64,000 nucleotides of DNA from Planctomycetota bacterium (GTDB lineage: Bacteria > Planctomycetota > PLA2 > JAEUHO01), in contig JBFWRP010000003.1 of the NCBI GenBank assembly GCA_050248855.1, forward strand, positions 156,049 to 220,048, written 5' to 3'. Under the pieces are notes generated by a model. That model was not told the origin of the DNA and ran no database searches. It was given only the letters and a program-made list of their open reading frames with translations. Positions within the stretch are counted from its first letter, which is position 1; every line of letters starts with the position of its first letter. The position numbers and the translations under genes are program-made. Positions 37,191 through 46,449 of this stretch are shown here, one piece after another.

Positions 37191-38267
37191 ATGCGCATCG
37201 CCCTCCTCGGCCTCGCGGGCTCCGGCAAGACGACCGTGTTCAACGCGGTGGCGACCACACCTGCCTCCACACCGCCCGGCAGCTTCCAGACCGAGACGCA
37301 CGTGCAGGTCGTGCCGGTGCGCGACGCCCGTCTGGAGCGTTGCCGCGAGATCTTCCGGCCGCGCAAGTACACGCCCGCGGGCTTGGAGCTCCACGACCCG
37401 CCGGGCCTGCCCGAGGGCGGTACCGAGGGCGACAAGGAACGGCGCGCGCGGCTCCTGGCGTCGGCGCGCGAGAACGACGCCTACGTGCTGGTCGTGCGGG
37501 GCTTCACCTCGCCGCAGTACGCGTACGAGCGCGCGGACGCCGACCCCCAGGCCGATCTCGAGCGCCTGGTCGGGGAAATGGTCGCTGCGGACTACGTGAT
37601 CTGCGAGGGCCGCGCGCAGAAGCTCCGCGAGAACATCCAGCGCAAGGCGCGCTCGATGGACCAGGACAAGCTGGAGCTGGCCGTCCTGGAGCGCTGCCTC
37701 GAGCGCCTTGACGCGGGCCGGGACCTGCTCGATCTCGAGCTGGACGACGCGGACGACAAGCGCCTGCGCGGCTTCCAGCTCTTCACGCGCAAGCCCCGCA
37801 TCCTGCTGCTCAACGGCCCCGGCGACCTGCCCGCCGACCTGGGCGAGGGCCTGCCGCTGTCGTTCGCGGGGCGCTTGGCCATGGACGCGCAGATCGATGC
37901 GGAGCTCGCGGGCATGGACCCGGCCGACCGGCCCGCCTTCATGGAGGAGTTCGGCATCCGGGAAGCCGCGGCGGACCGCTTCGTGAACGAGGTCTACCGC
38001 GGCGTCGGCCTGCTCTCCTTCTTCACCGTCGGCGAGGACGAGGTGCGCGCGTGGACGATCCACCGCGGCGACACCGCGGTGATCGCCGCTGGCCGCATCC
38101 ACACGGATCTCGCCAAGGGCTTCGTACGTGCCGAGGTCTTCCCCTTCGACGCGCTCGACGCTGCCGGCGGCCTGCGCGAGCTCAAGGCGTTGAACGCGAT
38201 CCGGCTCGAGCCCAAGGACTACGTGGTGAAGGACGGCGACATCGTGCACATCCGGAGCGCGCTGTGA
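37191..38267 (+). CDS. ychF: YchF/Obg-like ATPase, divergent
   Basis: P-loop GLAGSGKTT; C-terminal FFTVGEDEVRAWT, AAGRIHTDLAKGFVRAEV, YVVKDGDI. Confidence 0.82.
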   Translation: MRIALLGLAGSGKTTVFNAVATTPASTPPGSFQTETHVQVVPVRDARLERCREIFRPRKYTPAGLELHDPPGLPEGGTEGDKERRARLLASARENDAYVLVVRGFTSPQYAYERADADPQADLERLVGEMVAADYVICEGRAQKLRENIQRKARSMDQDKLELAVLERCLERLDAGRDLLDLELDDADDKRLRGFQLFTRKPRILLLNGPGDLPADLGEGLPLSFAGRLAMDAQIDAELAGMDPADRPAFMEEFGIREAAADRFVNEVYRGVGLLSFFTVGEDEVRAWTIHRGDTAVIAAGRIHTDLAKGFVRAEVFPFDALDAAGGLRELKALNAIRLEPKDYVVKDGDIVHIRSAL

Positions 38268-39499
38268 GCCGGACCCGCGTCGCGCTGCTGTTGGTCGGCG
38301 ACGAGCTGACGAGCGGCCGGCGACGCGACGGCAATGGCGCCTGGATGGCCGCGCGGGTCACGGCGCTGGGCGGCTCGGTCGTGGAGCTGCGTCTGGTGGG
38401 GGACGAGGTCGGGCCGCTTGCGGCGACCCTCCGCGAGCTCGCGGCCCGCGCCGACGTCGTGCTGGTCTCGGGCGGCCTCGGGCCCACGTCGGACGACCGC
38501 ACACGGGACGCGTTGGCGCGGGCGCTGGGCGAGCCGCTGGAGGACGACCCCGTCCTCTGGGAGCAGCTCGTGGCGAGGCTCGCCGCGCGAGGACGTGCGC
38601 CGCGGCCGCTCCATCGCCACCAGGCCAGACGCCCCGCCTCGGCGGTCGCCGTGCCGAACCCGGTCGGCACCGCTGCCGGTCTCGAGACGAAGCTCGAGGG
38701 CGCCACGGTCGTCTGCCTCCCCGGTGTACCGGCCGAGCTGCAGGCCATGTTCGAGGCGTCCGTGGCACCGCTCCTGGACGTCGGCGACGCGATCGCCCGG
38801 GGCGTGCTCTGGGTGATGGGTCGGCCCGAGGCGGTCGTGGCCGAGGAGCTGGAGGCGCTGCCCGAAGCGGCCGGGGTGCGGCTGGCCTGGTACGCGCACC
38901 ACGGCGAGATCGAGGTGCGCGTGGAGGCCGAGGACGCGAGCGCGCGCGACGCGTTCGTGGCGGCCGCCCGCCGGGTGTTCGGCGAGGACCACTACGAGCC
39001 CGCGGAGGGCGAGCGGCTGCAGCACGTGGTCGTACGTGCGTTGACGGCGCGAGGCTGGCGGGTCGCCACGGCCGAGTCGATCACCGGCGGCCTCGTGGCC
39101 GAGCGCCTCACCTCCGTGCCCGGCGCGAGCGCCGTCTTGGACGTGGGGTGGGTCACGTACGCCGCAGCGGCCAAGACCCGCGAGCTGGGCGTGCCCGCCG
39201 ACCTGATCGAGCGCGAGGGCGTCGTCTCCGCCGCCGTCGCCGAGGCCATGGCCCGCGGTGCGCTCGCGCGCTCGGGCGCCGACGTGGCCGTCGCGACCAC
39301 GGGCGTCGCCGGCCCCGACTCGCTGCCGGGCCCTGGCGGCGTGGCCGTGCCCGTCGGGCGTGTGCACGTGGCGCTCGCGGGACGCGATGGGCAGCGCGCC
39401 CACGGCCGCCTGGACCAGCCCCTGGTGCGCGACCTCGTGCGCCATCACGCCGCGCTGGCGGCCCTGGATCTGCTCCGCCGCGCCGCCCGGGTAGGGTGA
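38264..39499 (+). CDS. cinA: CinA (MoCF domain plus NMN deamidase PncC)
   Basis: VGDELTSG, SGGLGPTSDDRT, LPGVPAE, ATAESITGG, TTGVAGP. Confidence 0.92.
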   Translation: MSRTRVALLLVGDELTSGRRRDGNGAWMAARVTALGGSVVELRLVGDEVGPLAATLRELAARADVVLVSGGLGPTSDDRTRDALARALGEPLEDDPVLWEQLVARLAARGRAPRPLHRHQARRPASAVAVPNPVGTAAGLETKLEGATVVCLPGVPAELQAMFEASVAPLLDVGDAIARGVLWVMGRPEAVVAEELEALPEAAGVRLAWYAHHGEIEVRVEAEDASARDAFVAAARRVFGEDHYEPAEGERLQHVVVRALTARGWRVATAESITGGLVAERLTSVPGASAVLDVGWVTYAAAAKTRELGVPADLIEREGVVSAAVAEAMARGALARSGADVAVATTGVAGPDSLPGPGGVAVPVGRVHVALAGRDGQRAHGRLDQPLVRDLVRHHAALAALDLLRRAARVG

Positions 39500-39509
39500 C
39501 CCACCGCAT

Positions 39510-39585
39510 TCCCCGGTGGTGCAATCGGTAGCACACCAGACTTTGGATCTGGGAGTTGGAGGTTCGAGTCCTCCCCGGGGAACCA
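39510..39585 (+). tRNA. tRNA-Gln (anticodon TTG)
   Basis: Cloverleaf: acceptor TCCCCGG/CCGGGGA, anticodon arm CCAGA-CTTTGGA-TCTGG, T arm GGAGG-TTCGAGT-CCTCC, encoded CCA; U1-A72 pair. Confidence 0.96.
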
Positions 39586-39693
39586 CCTCCGCGCCCGAGC
39601 CTTTCCCTCGGCCCGGTCCTCTGCCAGAGTGACGCTCGGGAGCGAACACGGGGGCGCGGAGCCCGCGGGTCGCCCCCTCGGAGGCTGCGACCC

Positions 39694-39897
39694 ATGGGAC
39701 GACTCCTCGCGCTGATCCTGGGCGGCATCGGCATCGTGCTCTACGGCCCCCAGCTGATCCCGGGCGACGCCGGCACCGAGGTGCAGAACGTGGTGCAGAG
39801 CGTGCTGGGCGAGTGGTACGACCGCGTGGTGGAGAACGGCGCCGGCTTGCTCGCGGGCCTCGCCCTGATCCTTTTCGCCGTCCGCGGTCGCGAGTAG
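39694..39897 (+). CDS. Small (67 aa) two-helix membrane protein
   Basis: GGAGG RBS; two hydrophobic segments; fills the gap between tRNA-Gln and glmU. Confidence 0.6.
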   Translation: MGRLLALILGGIGIVLYGPQLIPGDAGTEVQNVVQSVLGEWYDRVVENGAGLLAGLALILFAVRGRE

Positions 39898-39901
39898 GCC
39901 C

Positions 39902-41200
39902 GTGACGCGTCCCCTGGCGCTGGTCGTCCTCGCCGCGGGGCAGGGCAGGCGCCTCGCGGTGCGGGACGACAGTCCTCCCAAGGTGCTCGTGCCCTGCCTG
40001 GGCGTGCCGTTGCTCGAGCACGTCCGGCGTGCCGTGGAGCCGTTGGGGGCAAGCGAGACGGTCGTCGTGACGGGGCACCGTCGGGACCTCGTCGATGCGT
40101 GGCTCGCGGGGTCGTGGCCGGGTGCACGCCCGGTGCTGCAGGCCGAGCAGCTGGGCACGGGACATGCCTTGCGTGTGGGCCTGGACGCCCTGCCGGCGTT
40201 CGCAGGCGACGTCCTGGTGGTCTACGGCGACGTTCCGCAGGCCGACGCCCGCGACCTCGGGCGGCTGGTCGCCCGCCACCGGGCGGCGGGCGCCGATGCC
40301 ACCGTGCTCACGGGCGTGCTCGCGGATGCCGGCGGGCTCGGACGCGTCGTGCGCAGTGCGGGCGGTCGGTTCGAGGCCATCCTCGAAGCCCGCGACGCGG
40401 CCGACCGCCCCGACGTCCTCGCCATCCGCGAGTTCAACACGGGCATCTACGTGTTCCGCGCCGAGGCCTTGCGGCCCGCGCTGGTCAACCTCTCGCGCGC
40501 GAACGCGCAGGGTGAGGAGTACGCCACCGACGCCATCGGCCGCATCCGCGAGGGCGGCGGCGTGGTCGAGACGGCCACCGTCGCCGACGGGGCCGCCTGG
40601 CAGGGCGTCAACGACCTCGCCGACCTGGCGGCAGCGACCTCCGCGCTGCGCCGTCGCGTGGCCACGGCGCATCTGAAGGCCGGCGTGGACATCGTGGACC
40701 CCGACACGACGGTCATCGAGATGGACGTCACGATCGCCCCGGGCGCGCGCATCCTGCCGTTCACGCACATCGAGCGCGGCTGCACGATCGGCGCCGGCTG
40801 CACCGTGGGACCCTTCGCGCGCCTGCGGGGCAAGAGCGTGCTCGAGCCCGGCGCCGAGGTGGGCAACTTCGTGGAGACGAAGGCCGCCCTGCTCCACGCC
40901 GGGGCCAAGGCCAAGCACCTGACCTACCTCGGCGACGTCGAGGTGGGGGCCCGGGCCAACGTCGGCTGTGGCACGATCACCGCCAACTACGACGGCGTCC
41001 GCAAGCACCGCACGGTGATCGGCCCCGCAGCGCGCATCGGCAGTGGCACGGTGCTCGTGGCGCCCGTCACGGTCGGGGAGGGTGCGGTGACCGGCGCCGG
41101 TGCCGTGGTGCCGGCAGGCCGTGACGTGGCGCCGGGAACCACCGTCGTGGGCGTGCCGGCGCGCGTGCTGAAGCAGCGAGACCAGGAGACGACGTCGTGA
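39902..41200 (+). CDS. glmU: Bifunctional UDP-GlcNAc pyrophosphorylase / acetyltransferase GlmU
   Basis: LAAGQG, QLGTGHA, EFNTGIY, VGPFARLR, GNFVETK, HLTYLGD, TITANYDG. Confidence 0.93.
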   Translation: MTRPLALVVLAAGQGRRLAVRDDSPPKVLVPCLGVPLLEHVRRAVEPLGASETVVVTGHRRDLVDAWLAGSWPGARPVLQAEQLGTGHALRVGLDALPAFAGDVLVVYGDVPQADARDLGRLVARHRAAGADATVLTGVLADAGGLGRVVRSAGGRFEAILEARDAADRPDVLAIREFNTGIYVFRAEALRPALVNLSRANAQGEEYATDAIGRIREGGGVVETATVADGAAWQGVNDLADLAAATSALRRRVATAHLKAGVDIVDPDTTVIEMDVTIAPGARILPFTHIERGCTIGAGCTVGPFARLRGKSVLEPGAEVGNFVETKAALLHAGAKAKHLTYLGDVEVGARANVGCGTITANYDGVRKHRTVIGPAARIGSGTVLVAPVTVGEGAVTGAGAVVPAGRDVAPGTTVVGVPARVLKQRDQETTS

Positions 41201-42150
41201 ACCACCGCAGCCTCGCCCTCATCGCGGGCAACGCGTGCCCGGACCTGGCGATGGACATCGCCAAGGAGATGAACGCGCGGCTGGCGCCGGCGCGCGTCGG
41301 CCGCTTCCCCGACGGCGAGATCGACGTCCGCATCGACGACAACGTCCGCGGCAGTGACGTGTTCCTCGTGCAGTCCACGTCGCCGCCCGTCAACGACAAC
41401 CTGATGGAGCTGCTGCTGCTCATCGACGCGGCCCGACGGGCGTCGGCGGCCCGCATCACGGCGGTCATCCCGTACTTCGGCTACGCGCGCAAGGACCGCA
41501 AGGACGAGGGCCGCGTGCCGATCACGGCCAAGCTCGTGGCCAACCTGCTCACCGAGGCAGGGGCCGATCGCGTGCTCACGGTCGACCTGCACGCGGCGCA
41601 GATCCAGGGCTTCTTCGACGTCCCCGTGGACCACCTCTACGCGTCACCGGTGCTGACCCGCCACTTCCGCGCCCAACGCCTCGAGCGCCTCACGGTGGTC
41701 GCGCCCGACGTGGGCTCCTCGAAGATGGCGCGCGGCTACGCCAACCGGCTCGACGGGGAGCTCGCCATCGTGGACAAGCGCCGGGTCAGCGCGGACCACA
41801 TCGAAGTCGGGGCCATCATCGGCGAGGTCCGGGACCGCAACGTCCTCCTGATCGACGACATGATCTCGACCGGCGGCAGCATCGCCGAGGCGGCCCGCAT
41901 CTGCCGGGACCATGGGGCGTCGAGCGTCCGGATCGCCGCCACCCACGGCGTCCTCTGCGGCCCGGCCCGGGAGCGCCTCGCGGCGGCCCCGGTCGAGGAG
42001 ATCGTCCTCACGGACACGATCCCCGTCGACCCGACGGGCCTGGACAAGCTGGTGGTGCTCCGGATCGCCCCGCTCCTGGCCGAGGCCGTCATGCGGGTCC
42101 ACACGGAGCAGAGCCTCTCGGTCCTCTTCAAGCGCCCCGAGGACACCTAG
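41197..42150 (+). CDS. prs: Ribose-phosphate pyrophosphokinase
   Basis: FPDGE, PYFGYARKDRK, DLHAAQIQGFF, DDMISTGGS. Confidence 0.96.
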   Translation: MNHRSLALIAGNACPDLAMDIAKEMNARLAPARVGRFPDGEIDVRIDDNVRGSDVFLVQSTSPPVNDNLMELLLLIDAARRASAARITAVIPYFGYARKDRKDEGRVPITAKLVANLLTEAGADRVLTVDLHAAQIQGFFDVPVDHLYASPVLTRHFRAQRLERLTVVAPDVGSSKMARGYANRLDGELAIVDKRRVSADHIEVGAIIGEVRDRNVLLIDDMISTGGSIAEAARICRDHGASSVRIAATHGVLCGPARERLAAAPVEEIVLTDTIPVDPTGLDKLVVLRIAPLLAEAVMRVHTEQSLSVLFKRPEDT

Positions 42151-42205
42151 GCGCCTCCCGGGGGGGGCCGTATCCTCTTCGCCCTTCCCCGGATGAGGCC
42201 ACGCC

Positions 42206-42832
42206 ATGGACTATGTGAAGATCGAGGTCAAGACCCGCGACAAGCGCGGTTCCCGCGCCATGCGGCGCATGCGGCAGGACGGTCGCGTCCCCGGCGTGCT
42301 CTACGGCCTGGGTCGGCCCAACCTCGAGCTCGACGTCGGCGAGAAGGAGCTGCGCCGGTTCCTGGCCAGCGGCAGCCACCTCGTCGAGCTGAAGATGGGC
42401 GACAAGGCGCGGCACGCGATCCTGCGCGAGCTGCAGCTCGACCCGCTCACCGACCAGATCCAGCACTTCGACTTCGGTCGCGTGGCCGACGACGTCGAGA
42501 TCGAAGACACCTGCGCGATCGTCACCAAGGGCCGCCCGAAGGGCTCCAGCGAGGGCGGGCTGTTCCAGGCCCTGCTGGAGTCGATCGACGTGAAGGCCCT
42601 GCCGCGCCACCTGCCGGGCAGCATCACGCTCGACGTGACCGAGCTCGGCTTGGGCGACGCGGTCTACGTCCGCGACCTGAAGCTCGCGAGCGAGGTCTCC
42701 GTGCTCACGCCCGGTGACGAGCTCGTCTGCCACGTGACGCTGCCCAAGGTCGAGGCGGCCGCGCCCGCGGAAGCCGCCGAGGGTGCCGAAGGCGCCGAGG
42801 CCGCCGCGGCCGCGTCGCCCCCGTCCAAGTAG
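42206..42832 (+). CDS. rplY: 50S ribosomal protein L25 / Ctc
   Basis: RRMRQDGRVPGVLYG, QLDPLTDQIQHFDF; position between prs and pth. Confidence 0.93.
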   Translation: MDYVKIEVKTRDKRGSRAMRRMRQDGRVPGVLYGLGRPNLELDVGEKELRRFLASGSHLVELKMGDKARHAILRELQLDPLTDQIQHFDFGRVADDVEIEDTCAIVTKGRPKGSSEGGLFQALLESIDVKALPRHLPGSITLDVTELGLGDAVYVRDLKLASEVSVLTPGDELVCHVTLPKVEAAAPAEAAEGAEGAEAAAAASPPSK

Positions 42833-42856
42833 TCGCCCCGCGACGGGGACGGCGCC

Positions 42857-43435
42857 ATGGACCGGCTGCTCTTCGGCTTGGGCAACCCGGGCAAGGGCTA
42901 CGCTGCCACGCGGCACAACGCGGGCTGGCAGGTGCTCGACCACCTGCTGGCCGACGAGCCGGGGGCGGCGGGCTTCCGCCGCACGCGCCTCGTGCACGGC
43001 GAGGTGGCCGACCTCGTGATCGGCGACCGGAAGGTCGTGCTCGTGAAGCCGGCCTCGTTCATGAACCTCGTGGGGCCCGTGTACCTCCGGGCGCTGGAGG
43101 TCTACGACCTCGCGCCCGAGCAGGCGCTCGTGCTCGTGGACGACTTCGCCCTGCCCTTCGGGCGGACCCGGCTCCGGGCCGACGGCCGCCACGGGGGCCA
43201 CAACGGGCTGCGCTCCCTCGAGGAGGCGCTGGGCACCACCGAGTACCCGCGGCTGCGCCTCGGGATCGGTCCGATGCCGGAGGCGGCCCGCTGGGCGGAG
43301 TGGGTGTTGAAGCGCTACGACGCCGTCCAGAAGCGGGCCCTGCCGGAGCTCCTGGCCCGCGGGGCGGACGCCGCCCGGCTCTGGGCCCGGGAGGGCCTGG
43401 AGGCCGCCGCCAACCGTTTCAACGGCGATGTCTGA
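42857..43435 (+). CDS. pth: Peptidyl-tRNA hydrolase
   Basis: GLGNPG, TRHNAG, KP..FMN, GGHNG, RLRLGIG. Confidence 0.94.
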   Translation: MDRLLFGLGNPGKGYAATRHNAGWQVLDHLLADEPGAAGFRRTRLVHGEVADLVIGDRKVVLVKPASFMNLVGPVYLRALEVYDLAPEQALVLVDDFALPFGRTRLRADGRHGGHNGLRSLEEALGTTEYPRLRLGIGPMPEAARWAEWVLKRYDAVQKRALPELLARGADAARLWAREGLEAAANRFNGDV

Positions 43436-43472
43436 GCCCCTGCGGGCGGCGCCCGGGCACCCCGGACTCCCG

Positions 43473-43546
43473 TTGGAGCCCCGCGGCGGGCTACGTACCA
43501 TCGCCCGCTTCCGGTCGAGTTCCGCCGACCGGCCGAACGGAGCGTC
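43473..43546 (+). promoter_or_regulatory. rpsF promoter plus S6:S18-type leader structure
   Basis: TTGGAG-17-TACCAT; stem CGCTTC/GGAGCG covering the RBS, inner hairpin CGGTCG/CGACCG, bulged CCG. Confidence 0.65.
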
Positions 43547-44023
43547 ATGAGGACTCGCAGCTACGAGGCCATGTTCCTGCTGGACAACCAAGCCGCCCAG
43601 GCGGACTGGGACGCCACCAGCGGCAAGGTCGACACCATCCTCGAGAAGCACGGTGCCCGCATCGTCCAGAAGGAGAAGTGGGACGAGCGCAAGCTGGCCT
43701 ACGAGATCAAGGGCCAGCGCCGCGCCACCTACTACCTCGTCTACTTCGATGCTCCCCCCACCTCGCTCACGAGCATCGCCGAGGACCTGCGCCTGTCCGA
43801 GTCGGTCCTGCGCCACATGTCGCTGGCCTTGGACGAGCCGATCGAGGAGCACGTCAAGCTGCGCGCCGAAGAGCGCGAGCGCCTGGCGGAGGACAGTCGC
43901 CGTCACGCGATGACCGGCTGGGGCGCCGAAGGTGGACGCCGCCGCAAGGGGCGCGACCGGCGCCGTGACGACGATGACGATGATGGCCGTGGCCCGCGCG
44001 GCCGCCGCGACGAGGAAGAGTGA
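43547..44023 (+). CDS. rpsF: 30S ribosomal protein S6 with a charged C-terminal extension
   Basis: YEAMFLL, KWDERKLAYEI, LRLSESVLRH. Confidence 0.95.
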   Translation: MRTRSYEAMFLLDNQAAQADWDATSGKVDTILEKHGARIVQKEKWDERKLAYEIKGQRRATYYLVYFDAPPTSLTSIAEDLRLSESVLRHMSLALDEPIEEHVKLRAEERERLAEDSRRHAMTGWGAEGGRRRKGRDRRRDDDDDDGRGPRGRRDEEE

Positions 44024-44026
44024 CCG

Positions 44027-44284
44027 ATGGCCAGCTCCAACAAGCTCAAGAACCTGCGCAAGCTGCTGAAGAAGCACCAGGACCGCAACCGCTGCCGCTT
44101 CACCCGCTCGCGCGTGCACCACATCGACTACAAGGACGTGGCCACGCTGCAGAAGATGGTCAGCCAGCAGGGCAAGCTGTACGGCCGCGCCCGCACCGGC
44201 ACGCACGCCCACTTCCAGCGCAAGCTGCGTCGGGCCGTCAAGCGCGCCCGCTTCCTCGCCCTCATGCCGTACGTGGGCCGCTAG
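44027..44284 (+). CDS. rpsR: 30S ribosomal protein S18
   Basis: IDYKD, GKL, RTG, QR.L..AVKRARFLALMPY. Confidence 0.95.
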   Translation: MASSNKLKNLRKLLKKHQDRNRCRFTRSRVHHIDYKDVATLQKMVSQQGKLYGRARTGTHAHFQRKLRRAVKRARFLALMPYVGR

Positions 44285-44313
44285 AGCGCGGACCGGAGAA
44301 GGAGATCGTCGCC

Positions 44314-44877
44314 ATGGCCCTGAAGGTCCTGCTCCGTCGCACCATCGAGGGTGTCGGCAACGTGGGCGAGGTGGTCCGCGTCAAGCCCGGCTACGCCCGC
44401 AACTTCCTGTTCCCGAAGGCCTACGCCGCCCTCGTGACGCCGGACAGCCTGCGCCTCATCGAGAAGGACAAGGCGGCCGAGGCCGTGCGCGAGCGTCAGA
44501 ACGCCGCGCGTCGCCAGGCCCTGGTCGAGCAGCTCAAGGACGTCACCGTGACGGTCGAAGAGCGCGCCGGCGAGGACGGCCACCTGTACGGCTCGGTCAA
44601 CGCGCGCCAGGTGGTGGGTCGTCTGGCGGACCTGGGCTACTCGTTCGACGAGCGCCACGTCCGCTTCGAGACCGTGCGTGAGCTGGGTGAGTACCCCGCC
44701 ACGCTGCTGCTCGGCGGTGGCGTCGAGGCGCAGGTCAAGGTCTGGGTCGTCCAGGACGCCCAGGACGCCTTGGCCATGAGGGAAGAGGCCGCCGCCCGCG
44801 AAGCGGCCGAGGCCTCCGCCGCCGGCTCTGCCTTTGCAGATGGCGAGACGCCGGACCTCGACGCCATCGAGTTCTGA
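44314..44877 (+). CDS. rplI: 50S ribosomal protein L9
   Basis: GEVVRVKPGYARNFLFP, GHLYGSV. Confidence 0.95.
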   Translation: MALKVLLRRTIEGVGNVGEVVRVKPGYARNFLFPKAYAALVTPDSLRLIEKDKAAEAVRERQNAARRQALVEQLKDVTVTVEERAGEDGHLYGSVNARQVVGRLADLGYSFDERHVRFETVRELGEYPATLLLGGGVEAQVKVWVVQDAQDALAMREEAAAREAAEASAAGSAFADGETPDLDAIEF

Positions 44878-44987
44878 GTCGCGCGTTCGCGCCGCGCGGG
44901 GGCCCCCGATTTCACCCCGGGCTCCCCTTGCGCCTTGCGCGTGTTTGACGTAAATCATTGTCAGACAACGGTTTATGTCGATTCTCG

Positions 44988-45014
44988 GTGGAGAGTCGGT
45001 GGAGACCGGTGGAG
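44988..45014 (+). repeat. Three phased GTGGAG direct repeats upstream of dnaB
   Basis: GTGGAG at 44988, 44999 and 45009, each preceded by CG. Confidence 0.8.
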
Positions 45015-45057
45015 TGACCGGGGACGACGGGGCCGCGAGGCCCCGTGCGGAGGCGCC

Positions 45058-46449
45058 ATGATCGACCGGGGTGAAGCTGCCGCTGCCGCCGCCTCGCCGC
45101 TCGTCCAGCGGGTGCCGCCGGTCAATCTCGAGGCCGAGCGCGCCGTGCTGTGCTCCGTCCTCTGGGATGGCGAGGTCATGGGCAACCTCGTCGCGGTCCT
45201 CAAGCCCGAGGACTTCTACCGCTCCGGCAACCGCCACATCTACGAGGTCATGCTCGCGCTCTACGACAAGGGCGAGCCCGTCCTGCCCGTGTCGGTGGTC
45301 GAGGGCCTGCGTGCCCGCGGCCTGCTGGAGAAGGTGGGCGGCTCGGAGTACCTGGCCGACCTCGCCGGGGCGGTGGACACGCCCGCCCACGCCGAGTACT
45401 TCGCCCGCCTCGTGCGCGAGAAGGCGATCGCGCGCAACCTGATCCACGCCACGTCGCGCATCCAGCAGGCCGCCTACGAAGAGGCCATGACCGGCGCCGA
45501 GCTCCTCGAACAGGCCGAGGCCGACATCTACGAGCTCTCCAAGGGTCGCGAGGTCAACGAGGTGCAGGGCGTGGACGCCCTGATCCGCGAGACCTTCGAC
45601 GAGCTCGAAGGTGGCATCGTCACCAGCGGTGTGCGCTCGGGCTTCACCACGTTCGACGACATGACCGGCGGCCTCAAGCCGGGCGAGCTGATCATCGTGG
45701 CGGGTCGTCCGTCCATGGGCAAGACGACCTGGGCGCTCAACGTGGCCCGGCACGCCTCCAGCCGCGAGGGCAAGACCGTGGCCGTCTTCAGCCTCGAGAT
45801 GACGGCCCGCAACATCGTGCGCAACATCCTCTGCGCCGAGGCCCGCGTCGACGGCAAGAAGATGCGCCAGGGGCGCTTCCTGTCCGACGCCGACCACCAG
45901 CGCTTGCGCGACGCGGCCGGGCTGCTCTTCGACGCCCGCCTCTACGTCGACGACACGCCGGGCCTCACGCCCACGCTGCTCCGGGCCAAGGCCCGGCGGC
46001 TCAAGAGCCGCTACGGCCTGGACCTCGTGGTCATCGACTACCTGCAGCTGATGAGCGGAGGCCCCGCCTCCCGCGCCCAGGAGAACCGCCAGCAGGAGAT
46101 CTCCTACATCAGCCGTTCGCTCAAGCTCCTCGCCCGCGAGCTGGAAGTGCCCGTCATCGCCCTGTCGCAGCTCAACCGTGCGGCCGAGCAGCGCGAGGGC
46201 AACCGCCCGCGCCTCTCGGACCTCCGCGAGTCGGGTGCCATCGAGCAGGATGCCGACGTGATCTGCCTGCTCTACCGGCCGGAGTACTACCTCTCGGCCC
46301 GCGCCGACGAGACCCGTCGGGCCGAGCTGGCCGGCAAGGCCGAGGTCATCATCGGCAAGCAGCGAAACGGCCCCACGGGCACGGTCCACCTCAGCTTCAT
46401 CAAGGACTGGATGCGGTTCGACAACCCCCAGGCCGAGGCCATTCCGTAG
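45058..46449 (+). CDS. dnaB: Replicative DNA helicase DnaB
   Basis: AGRPSMGKT, FSLEM, IDYLQLM, LSQLNR, LSDLRESGAIEQDAD, KQRNGPTG. Confidence 0.97.
   Translation: MIDRGEAAAAAASPLVQRVPPVNLEAERAVLCSVLWDGEVMGNLVAVLKPEDFYRSGNRHIYEVMLALYDKGEPVLPVSVVEGLRARGLLEKVGGSEYLADLAGAVDTPAHAEYFARLVREKAIARNLIHATSRIQQAAYEEAMTGAELLEQAEADIYELSKGREVNEVQGVDALIRETFDELEGGIVTSGVRSGFTTFDDMTGGLKPGELIIVAGRPSMGKTTWALNVARHASSREGKTVAVFSLEMTARNIVRNILCAEARVDGKKMRQGRFLSDADHQRLRDAAGLLFDARLYVDDTPGLTPTLLRAKARRLKSRYGLDLVVIDYLQLMSGGPASRAQENRQQEISYISRSLKLLARELEVPVIALSQLNRAAEQREGNRPRLSDLRESGAIEQDADVICLLYRPEYYLSARADETRRAELAGKAEVIIGKQRNGPTGTVHLSFIKDWMRFDNPQAEAIP

Noticed and set aside
44935..45057. oriC or dif site upstream of dnaB
   Set aside because: No TTATCCACA-type DnaA boxes, the AT-rich patch is very short, and the palindrome does not match XerC/XerD arms
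45058..46449. Intein in DnaB
   Set aside because: Normal length with contiguous helicase motifs
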